The translations under genes and the position numbers were made by a program. The notes beneath the pieces were generated by a model. The model saw only the letters and a program-made list of their open reading frames with translations, was not told the DNA's origin and ran no database searches. 64,000 nt of DNA, taken from contig CM035357.1 of assembly GCA_020137815.1 (NCBI GenBank), forward strand, positions 3,596,001-3,660,000. Reading direction: 5' to 3'. Source of the stretch: Hormiphora californensis (taxonomy: Eukaryota > Animalia > Ctenophora). This document shows, piece by piece, positions 27,301 to 36,568 of the stretch (within the stretch, counting starts at the first letter, position 1; each line of letters begins with the position of its first letter).

Positions 27301-28036
27301 GCTCTCTCGATATCGCTTACTATCTCGATATCTCTATCTCGCCTTATTCCTCTATGATATGAGTGATCTGCATCTCTCTCTTCTATCTCTTACTCTCTCT
27401 CTTCTCTCTCTCTCTCTTCATCATCATTTGATCAATTTACCTGTCACCTTACACCAAGATTTGATCATGATTTTTTAATATTTCAAAAGCATTACATATT
27501 ACAATTATGCAATATTTGGACCGCAGAAGGAGCAGAGTCCAGTCCGTGTGTTAGATGTTTTGCATGTTATGGGTGGTTTTGTGAGGTATTCCTATTTATC
27601 CCACAAATGTATCTATATCTAAAACACAGAAAGGTTTGGGTTGGGTGAACGGCTAAAACACTAACAGCTATAGCGCAACACTAACAGCTATAGCGCAACA
27701 ATATCTTGACTTCGTTATCAATTACAAAACACTGTACACCATCACGGTTCCAGTCCACACCAGGTCAACTTCACTGAGTATCACTCCAACAGTCAATCGT
27801 CAATCGTCAACCACAACCCTTTCTTCTCCAAGTCCATTCCTTTTATCTGACTTCTTCAGCAGATCACATGACCCGAGCACCTCTACGTGGCAGTCTCTCG
27901 TTCTCCCCACTCGTCTCATCGTGATTGGCTGGGGCGCCCTGACGAGGCTCAGTGCTCTCTTTCCCAGTGTCGTCATCTCCGCTTGGCTGTCGATCACGCC
28001 CTCGTGTACTTCTCTCTTTCGTCTGGTTCTTTTCAC
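21387..28036 (-). CDS. Putative class-B/adhesion-like 7TM receptor with a long Pro/Ser-rich C-tail (partly garbled)
   Basis: Four exons join in frame at canonical sites: 25334-25168 (TVCWVNPILSWSTWVFPNIALFVVTLILCFNLARTF, ECL2 CW plus TM5), 24498-24396 (TM6), 24280-24205 (TM7) and 24087-23997 (Cys-rich helix-8 region). Exon ~27090-26881 gives a TM3-like GPCAALFYELHWAFTYSQTYGSLE. C-tail ORFs lie at 21387-22260. N-terminal exons and the link to the tail are unresolved. Confidence 0.55.
25878..26721. mobile_element. Non-autonomous hAT element
   Basis: TIR TAGGGTGTGCTA and 8-bp TSD GTGTACAC. Second copy at 57522-58343. Confidence 0.9.
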
Positions 28037-29375
28037 TCCGACACTATCTAACCTTACTTATCACTCACATTTCAAAACCTTCTCTTTCAGCTCTCGTTCC
28101 ATTTCACCTCACAAGCAAACAAAATTAAACCTCACTATACTTTCAAGATATAACAAAGAACTAGGGCATTTCAGTTTCCTGAGCACACTAACTAACTACA
28201 ACAAAATTATAACTCAAGTTTAGAACAATGGGGTGGCAACCCGCATATTCAGATTTATAAATTTTATAGTTTTCAGTAGATGCAGGTTATAAAAAGGGTC
28301 CAATCCACCATATTCTTTAACATTTTATAGTTTGTACAGCAGGGTTTAAAATGCAACAATCACAGCACTTTGTCTTGTAATAGTTTGTCCACAAAAGGGG
28401 TGAGGTCAGGGTAGCATATTGGTTATATTAGGTTTTACCAAATACGCTTGGAACGTGTTAGGTGCCAGCTAAGCAGTTAATAAGGTTATTAAAGAATTAT
28501 TGCCTAATGTGACCTATAAAGTTTTATGAGTGGAATAAGGATTTATAAGATAGTGGACCCCGATTACCGGGCCGACTTTACGAGATTTTTCCCGATTGTT
28601 TGCGGGGGTATAAGTTTCGTTGTAAACTGCTTTGTTCGCTTTTAAACTGATAGCATGAATTTCCTGGTGAAGTGTTTACATAACATTACGGGAAAATTAT
28701 AACTTTTTGCCATTTGGTCAGAAGGAGAAGTCTTGACGGAGAGGACTGAAATTAGAGAAAACAGATGAAATTTGATACTCGTACACCGATTAGGCCCAGA
28801 TCGGGAAGTTAGGGGATAAAATCGGTTGTTACGCAATTAGCCGTTGAGTTGCGGATATGCCGATTGAACACTGTTTCTCGCAACTTTGGGATCCGATAGG
28901 ACTCTGGTGTCCTCAAAAAGTTTTAAATTCTTTTTTTATTTTTATGCAGGCATGATAATGCCTCATTAGCGCTTACATTAGGGTGTTGTTCACATTAGGT
29001 TTTATGAATTTTTCATATATGTTTCACTGTATTCAGTAAATGATGCCTACCCAGATACGGGAACGTCCCCATCCGGGAAATGGCTTCCCTGAGGTTCCAC
29101 GTTCCGGCAATGTTTTCCGTGTGTGACTTATAACTGTAAATGATTATTTTCAAGAGTGAAATTATGTGGTAAGGTGGCTTCAAATATGAGCGTTATTGTC
29201 GGGTGCATTATCGATCGGACGGCGGAGGACATGAACAGAGAAAGTGACAGATGATGTTGAAAAGTTAAACAGCTGGAGTAAGTTAGGAGGACAAAAATTC
29301 GTGTTTATGACACTTCCCGTTTTGATTTGCCGGTTTTGATGATTTGTTTCTTTCTTCCTCAAACTTTTGGACATA

Positions 29376-29604
29376 CCTTACTCTCGTTTTTTAGTAAGAA
29401 ACTTTTTTATAAGAAACTTTTCAAATGTAAATCACACAATTCAGAGACACCACAACAAAATAGAACACCCCTAACTTGTTTAGTTTCTTGATAAAGGAGA
29501 AATTCTTTTTGTTTTTGGATTGCTTACACCTGTAGTTTCCTAGAAAAAAAGTTTCTTATTTAAAAGTTTCTTGAAATATGCGAGCTTAATTAACGAGAGT
29601 AAGG
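29376..29604. mobile_element. TA-flanked MITE
   Basis: TA|CCTTACTCTCGTT...AACGAGAGTAAGG|TA. Confidence 0.7.
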
Positions 29605-29863
29605 TATATGACCCTCTGGGCCTCAAAGCCGGTTAACACTTGATAAGTTCTTGGTTTTTTTGTGATGAAATCCCCTGTTCGCGGCTAAAGTGTAGGGGTG
29701 ATTGCTTCACCAATTAGTTTTTATAATTAGCTTTCTTTTTTCAGCTGTCTCAACCTCAACCTCATAATGCAGACTGAGACACTATCTCAGATAGAGGGAT
29801 ACGTTCCCCAGCCTGGGTTATTACATATTAGTTTTCCACTTTTCCATGCAATTGTTTTTTCAG

Positions 29864-32800
29864 GTGCTGGCGAGTGTGGTAAAAGTACTTTTCTCAAGCA
29901 GATGCAAATTATCGTGGGAGGAGGCTTCAAAACTGAGCAGGTATAATTTTGTGTGGCTCATTTTATCTCGATCGGCGTGCTCTGTGATGGTTCGGTGGAT
30001 CAAGTAAATTTGATAAAACTTGTTCTAATATCTTCTAACACCTTCTTTTCAATCTCTCGGCCATTTATCTCCCTGTCTTTAAACTTGTCTTAAAAATTCC
30101 CCGAAGCTTCTAATATTTGACATCTCTCCTATCTTCCATAAAGACAAATTCTGGAATGGTTTTCTAATAGAATCAAAGTTTTATAGAATCAAAGTTTTAT
30201 AGAATTATCAATTATTTCAAACTTCATGAAACCCCCTTCTAAAAGAGAAATAAAAATTACAACTTTACTGTTGTTATGTTCTAACCCTCCCTTTACATTT
30301 GTAAAACACAGTCTAGCCAGGCAACTTTACTTTCTAAAAGAGAAATAATAAAAATAACAACTGCAGGTAGAGTTTTACAAGAAAGTGGTCCACAAGAATA
30401 TCCACCAATCAGCGGCGTCCATAGCAACCGCCATGGTTACCCTAGGAATACCATTCACAGAAGAGGTATATTAGTTAGCTTGTATTAATTAGCACATATT
30501 ATTATTAATCTGTTTAGTGTCTGATCCAGACCCCATTTTGATTCTCAGCAGGAACCGACCGAAACAAGTAAACAACCAATCAGAACTCGTTATTTAGGTC
30601 ACGTGACTCTTTTTACCAGCTAAATAACATCCAACAGAGTCTTGCCACGGAGATCCAGGACGTGGTGACGTCATTCAACGAGAAGTCCATCCCAGAGCTA
30701 CTTCCAGCCCAATACTTCCCACTCATCAAGAGACTCTGGAGCGATCCCAAAGCTCAGGAGTGTTTCGATAGACGTAGTGAGTTCCAGGTAATAGTAGGGG
30801 TTATTTCGTAACCAATGTTTTTATCCAGCTATACTGATACTGCCAGAGCTAAGAGCATCTCAGCCTCAAAAACAGTTATCTCACACCTTTCAGCAACCTT
30901 TCTACAGTACCCAATTTTGCTAGTTTAGCCTTTTATGGGCAGTCGTGGGTTAATAAGGTTTAATTAACATTTTGCCTGTTCATATAGTTCAAAATCTACA
31001 TTAGATCCAGATGTAGATCCACATTTACACCGAATCAAGAGTCTATTACCATGCAAGTAGTAGAATGGGAAGAAGGATTAAAAGCAAACAGTGTTAACTA
31101 AATTATTCCATACTTCTATCTCTTTCAGCTGCTAGACTCCGCCAAATACTTCCTAAACCGAGTACCAGAGGTTGAGCAGTCAGGCTACACACCAACAGAA
31201 CAAGACATTGTCAGGTAAACACACCAACAGAACAAGACATTGTCAGGTAAAATAATAATAGTTTGCCAGGCTACACACCAACAGAACAAGACATTGTCAG
31301 GTAAACACACCAACAGAACAAGACATTGTCAGGTAAACACACCAACAGAACAAGACATTGTCAGGTAAACACACCAACAGAACAAGACATTGTCAGGTAA
31401 AATAATAATAGTTTGCCAGGCTACACACCAACAGAACAAGACATTGTCAGGTAAACACACCAACAGAACAAGACATTGTCAGGTAAATGTAATAATAGAA
31501 CAAGAAATTGTCAGGTAAACACACCAACAGAACAAGACATTGTCAGGTAAATATAATAACACACCAACAGAACAAGACATTGTCAGGTAAACACACCAAC
31601 AGAACAAGACATTGTCAGGTAAATATAATAACACACCAACAGAACAAGACATTGTCAGGTAAACACGCCAACAGAACAAGACATTGTCAGGTAAATATAA
31701 TAATAGCTTGCCAGGCTACACACCAACAGAACAAGACATTGTCAGGTAAATGTAATAATATAGCCATGAATACTGCAAGCGATTCTGATAGTTCGGCTGA
31801 TTCATATGATATGGTTATACAGTCGGACCCCAATTTACCGGAACCCCGATTTACCGGAACCCCGATTTACCCGGGTCCGACTGTATACCAGATCATGACT
31901 ATAACATATTGTAGGACTCGGGTTAAAACAACGTCTGTGATCGAAGAGAATTTCAAGGTTGACAAAGTCATTCTGAGGATCATTGACGTTGGAGGACAGA
32001 GAGCAGAGAGGAGGAAATGGATTTCCTGTTTTGCGGTAAGGGACCGGGAATTCATTACTTCTGATCCGTATCGCACACAGACAAAACAATTGATTGACTT
32101 TTGGCTCTCACGCCGGAGATGGCCAATCAAAGGCCTTTATTTCGAAATCCAGGCTTCAGATTGGCTCTCACACAGGAGATGGCCCTGATGGATTGATATT
32201 TACCCAATGTATTTACCCCACTTACACTCTATTCTCTCAGGATGTGACATCTGTGTTGTTCCTTGCATCCCTCTCTGAATACGATATGAAGTTAGCTGAA
32301 ATGAAATCGAGAAACAGAACCGAGGAGAGTCTTCAGGTATTATAACATCACGGGTGTAATTAGAATTAACTAGTGTCTCGGGTATTTATTTTGCTTTTTT
32401 CTAATTGACAAACAACGTGGCTTTTTCTAACATGACAAACAACATGAAAACGCAACTCAAATTGTGAACTCTGAAAAGTCAACAGGACAAAAACTTGGAA
32501 GACAGCTCGACTACTGCTACATGGGTTACAAAACACCTATAAATATCTACAATTGGACAACAACTGTACCAGACCTATATCGACAACACTTGACTGATAC
32601 CATGTGACGACTCTGATCACGAGTAATTTCAGCTGTTTCGGACTATTGTGGGGTACCCCTGGTTCCGTCAATCCTCTCTCATCTTGTTCCTTAACAAAAG
32701 GGACCTATTCGAGGAGAAAATACCGAAATCCAACCTCGCTGATTTTTTCCCCGCATTTTCCGGGAAGCCTGGAAACATCGAAGAGGCCCTTGAGTTTATG

Positions 32801-32968
32801 ATGCTCCTCTTTCAAAATGGTTTTGCCAACTCTCTCAATGGGGCAACTGACAGGGCGTTGTTCTTACATATCACCTGTGCCACAGACACTAAAAACATTC
32901 GCAAGGTGTTCGAGGATGTAAAAACTACCATTTTGAGAAAAAATATCAGCGAACTAAACCTTGGATAG
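29864..32968 (+). CDS. Heterotrimeric G protein alpha subunit, divergent Gq-like; isoform with terminal exon A
   Basis: Exons 29864-29940 ([14 protein letters not shown]), 30367-30465, 30638-30787, 31129-31214, 31915-32035 ([18 protein letters not shown]), 32241-32336 and 32633-32968 (NKRD, TCATDT) are all phase-compatible. A probable garbled first exon lies at 29186-29277 (MSVIVGCIIDRTAEDMNRE). Confidence 0.95.
31186..31760 (+). repeat. Tandem array of exon 3' end plus splice donor, 15 copies, ~32-bp unit
   Basis: Unit ACACCAACAGAACAAGACATTGTCAG|GTAAAC. The first copy is the true exon end. Confidence 0.95.
31820..31883. mobile_element. 64-bp minimal member of the CAGTCGGACCC MITE family
   Basis: TA TSD; consists of TIRs plus two internal repeats only. 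Degenerate relatives at 33148-33220 and 34703-34851. Confidence 0.75.
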
Positions 32969-33312
32969 CTCTGATGTATGAGCTGTCATGACCTGAATAC
33001 TCACCACTCTGTTCTGCTGTTGAGAGCTGGGAATTTATAATTATTGCCGCTGGGAAAATAATTATAATTAGGGGGCGTGAATCATTTGATAAAACATGTT
33101 GAAACTGTCCCGATCATGCGACACAAATAGACATTCAACTAATGCAGCAGTCGGACCCCGATCTACCGGCCAAACCCCTATCCGGTTTCCCGAGTATCCC
33201 GTTAAATCGCGATCCGACAGTTGTTGATTGTTGAATCTGATCTGAAAAGCTAAAAGTATTTTAGTTTTTCAGCTAGTAGGGTTTCAGTCTTACTGCGTAC
33301 TTTGGAACTCCG

Positions 33313-33721
33313 GGTAAGCCGGAAGAACGTGTTTGTCTCATGAGGCCTCATGAGGCGCTTCACGAGGCTTCATGAGGCGTCATGAGGCTTCATGAGGCAT
33401 TTGCCTCATTCCAACTTTGTTTCGATGCCTCATGAGGCCTCACTGCACGAGCAGTTTTGACATGTATGTGCTCATGAGGAATATCTCATGACACCTTAGG
33501 GTGAGGGTTAGAGTTAGGGCCGGGTTTCGGTTCCAGTTAGGGTACGAACCTAACCACTAGGCCTAGGGGTTAACCCCCAACCAATTATGATATGCCTAGG
33601 GGTTAAAAACTAACCCTGATCCTGACGAGTGCCTCATTAGGCACTGAAACAGCTGAAAATGCCCCTTGAGGCCCCATGAAGACGCCTCATGAGACAAACG
33701 GACACGTTCTTCCGGCTTACC
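33313..33721. mobile_element. MITE with CCTCATGAGG repeats and TTAGGG-like core
   Basis: TIR GGTAAGCCGGAAGAACGTGT; internal TTAGGG/CCTAAC tracts. Confidence 0.7.
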
Positions 33722-33840
33722 GAGTTTGGTGTGATGAAATTCTAGCTGTTATTTCTGTACAGATCCCTTATTACCTGCAATGACGTTGTTATGACGTAAT
33801 ATGTAGTAATCAGTAAAGCAGTGTAAACTCTGTAAAGTAA

Positions 33841-35537
33841 GGGGGAGACACACTGAAGTTGAGCGCGCTCGTTCAAATCTCAACCTCGCGAGACACACTG
33901 AAGTTCGAAGTTCGAAGTTTCGCGAAAACCCATTTTCGGCTGAGAAATCATTTGTAAGATGCTGGCAATTTCTCATTTGCCGCATACGGCGTCTAGACGG
34001 CGTCGCACCGCCGTCTAGTCGCTGTCTAGACGGTATACCGGCTAGACAGGTTTCGATAAAATCAGCTAAAAACGGTACCAAAATTGCTTGAAACGGGTTA
34101 TAGACGGTATCAGACGGTCTCTAGATGGGTTATAGACGGTATCCGACGGTGTTGCGACGGTATCAGATGGTCTCTAGACGGTCTCTAGACGGTACCGTCC
34201 CGGTGTCTAGACAGTGTCTGGACGGTCTCTAGACGGTATCCGTCCAAAGTTGAGACGGCACGTCTGAAAATTGTACCAGACGTTGAGACGGACTTTTAGA
34301 ACTCCGTCTGTATTTCAGACGGAGTTTTAAAAGTACGTTTAAACGCAGTCTAAAGGAAAATCGATGAAAGTACCGTCTAAACAACGTCTCAACTGAAACC
34401 GGTCAACATACCGTCTAAACAACGTCTAAACAGAATCTCGCGATTCAGTTTCAAATACCGTCTAGACAACTTCTCCAGCAATTTCGATACGAATACCGTC
34501 TAAACAACGTCTAGACAACGTCTCAAATAACGATGTCTAGACTCGACCGTTTTCGAAGACCATTCTGGATTACCCATGCCACTGGCATGGGTAATCCAGA
34601 ATGGTCTTCGAAAACGGTCGAGTCTAGACATTGCCAGTTGGAATTAGTGGTAGATGTGTGCCTATTGAATGAAAATTATGTACTACATGTGTTTAAACAG
34701 CACAGTCGTACCGCGATGCTCGGGGACGGGAAAGGGGTTTTGCCCGGTAAATCGGGGCCCCATGCCAAATATCATGAATTTTCTATATCGGAGAAAGGTT
34801 ATCCTCCCGGTAATTTTCGTATCCGACTTCAAATAAATCAAGATCCAACTGTACATCATTTTCATTATCAAAAAGGCACACATTCATCACCAATTATAAC
34901 TGGTTAAAAGCGGTTGGAAAGTTTTAAACACTGCAGCTGTAAATAGAAATGTAAAAAGGAGATGATACAATATTAAAGTAAAAGTTGTCTAGACGGTATT
35001 TGAAACTGAATCGCGAGATTCTGTTTAGACGTTGTTTAGACGGTATGTTGACCGGTTTCAGTTGAGACGTTGTTTAGAGTTAGACGGTACTTTCATCGAT
35101 TTGCCTTTAGACTGCGTTTAATTTAAACTTTAAACGTACTTTTAAAACTCCGTCTGAAATACAGACGGAGTTCTAAAAGTCCGTCTCAACGTCTGGTACA
35201 ATTTTCAGACGTGCCGTCTCAACTTTGGACGGATACCGTCTAGAGACCGTCCAGACACTGTCTAGACACCGGGACGGTACCGTCTAGAGACCGTCTAGAG
35301 ACCGTCTGATACCGTCGCAACACCGTCTGATACCGTCTATAACCCGTCTAGAGACCGTCTGATACCGTCTATAACCCGTTTCAAGCAATTTTGGTACCGT
35401 TTTTAGCTGATTTTATCGAAACCCGTCTAGCCGGTATACCGTCTAGACGGCGGTGCGACGCCGTCTAGACGCCGTATGCAGCAAATGAGAAATTGCCGAT
35501 TTGAACGAGCGCGCCCAACTTCAGTGTGTCTCCCGCC
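33841..35537. mobile_element. Harbinger-like MITE hosting nested insertions
   Basis: TAA TSD and TIR GG(G)GGAGACACACTGAAGTTG; the centre is replaced by the element at 33964-35497. Confidence 0.8.
33964..35497. mobile_element. Foldback-type element with ~0.5-0.6-kb inverted arms rich in TCTAGAC repeats
   Basis: Ends GGCAATTTCTCATTTGC...GCAAATGAGAAATTGCC, symmetry axis at ~34582, right arm interrupted at ~34633-34984. Confidence 0.85.
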
Positions 35538-35639
35538 TAAAAAAGCGATCTGAATATAATTTCCCACGCTCAATATATTTTCCCACGCTCAATATATTTC
35601 CCACGCCCTTCCATGACTACCAGTACCATTCTCTTTCAG

Positions 35640-35972
35640 ATATTCGGCAGTATTATCAAATACCCGTGTTTCGCGGCCGCCTCAATAATCCTCTTCCTCA
35701 ACAAAAAGGACCTCTTTGCGGAGAAAGTCCAAGTGTCCCACATTCGTGATCACCATCCCTCGTACACTGGCCCGGAGAGAAATGCTGACGCTGGGATGAC
35801 CTTTTTCGGTCGTTTGTTTGGGGCCAAGTTTTCAGAGTGTGCCCCTGATGGTAAAGACACGTTGTTTGTTCATTACACGTGTGCAGTTGATAGAGATAAC
35901 ATGAAGAAGATCTATGCTGCAATTAAAGACACCCTGCTAGCAAATAATCTCGAAGAGTTTGCATTGACATGA
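35640..35972 (+). CDS. Second G-alpha terminal exon (exon B)
   Basis: CTCTTTCAG acceptor, phase 0, 110 aa (IFGSIIKYPCF...LFLNKKDLF...HYTCAVDRDN...NNLEEFALT*). It starts at the position homologous to 32633, and no other G-alpha exons lie between 32968 and 35640. Confidence 0.9.
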   Translation: MFGSIIKYPCFAAASIILFLNKKDLFAEKVQVSHIRDHHPSYTGPERNADAGMTFFGRLFGAKFSECAPDGKDTLFVHYTCAVDRDNMKKIYAAIKDTLLANNLEEFALT

Positions 35973-36568
35973 TTATATTTACTGCTTTTATAGTTATACA
36001 ATCTTATAGTTTACCGACTGTGAAGCTTTGAAGAATTATGTTATGTTGTTATTGCCAAAAAGATGATTGAAATGCGAAACTTACTGCGCGTTTTTTAATT
36101 GCGCGTACTAAAACGCGCGCGTCCCGTGAAATAAATTCAAAATTTAAATAAACTTCTCCCGCTCACCCCGGCCGGTCCGATTTTTCGGTCAGCGTTTGCC
36201 AAAAATCTGGGTGTTTCCGGTTTCGTGAGTGCTGACTGCCAATCCAGCTCGCAAAGAGACAACTGACACGGACTTATAGGTCCCAAATAACAACCTAATT
36301 TGAGAAGGGCATTTTTTCACCAACTGTGAACTGCGCTTTTTGGGGAAAATTAGAGTATCTAGGCTTAGGCTCGAATAATTTAACGCAGCTTCAGCTTGCC
36401 TTTTGGGCTGCCCCCACGGCCCCGAATTCTTCCTTGTATAGACTCTAAACTTTAGACTAGAAGCTTGACTTTTTCTCATACTTTTCTCATTCTCTAAATC
36501 GTTGACTATCATATTCTAAAATTTCTCGATTTCATAATTATCACTAATTTAATAGAGCGTCTACAAAG

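Noticed and set aside
29767-29863. In-frame ATG extension upstream of the G-alpha P-loop exon
   Set aside because: Lacks the basic KLLLL strand and any lipidation signal, and TTTTTCAG at 29863 is a good acceptor. The true N-terminal exons probably lie in garbled sequence.
31186-31760. CRISPR-like appearance of the ~32-bp repeat arrays (also 36717-37220)
   Set aside because: No unique spacers, no cas genes and a eukaryotic context; the units are copies of splice junctions.
31508-32188. 226-aa ORF as a single protein
   Set aside because: Chance read-through of the repeat, a MITE and one real G-alpha exon (31915-32035).
33490-33625. Interstitial telomere
   Set aside because: The TTAGGG-like units are few, degenerate and internal to a TIR-bounded MITE.
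35640-35972. Separate second G-alpha gene or processed pseudogene
   Set aside because: No upstream exons of its own, and it starts precisely at an intron position with a good acceptor and an intact ORF. An alternative last exon fits better.
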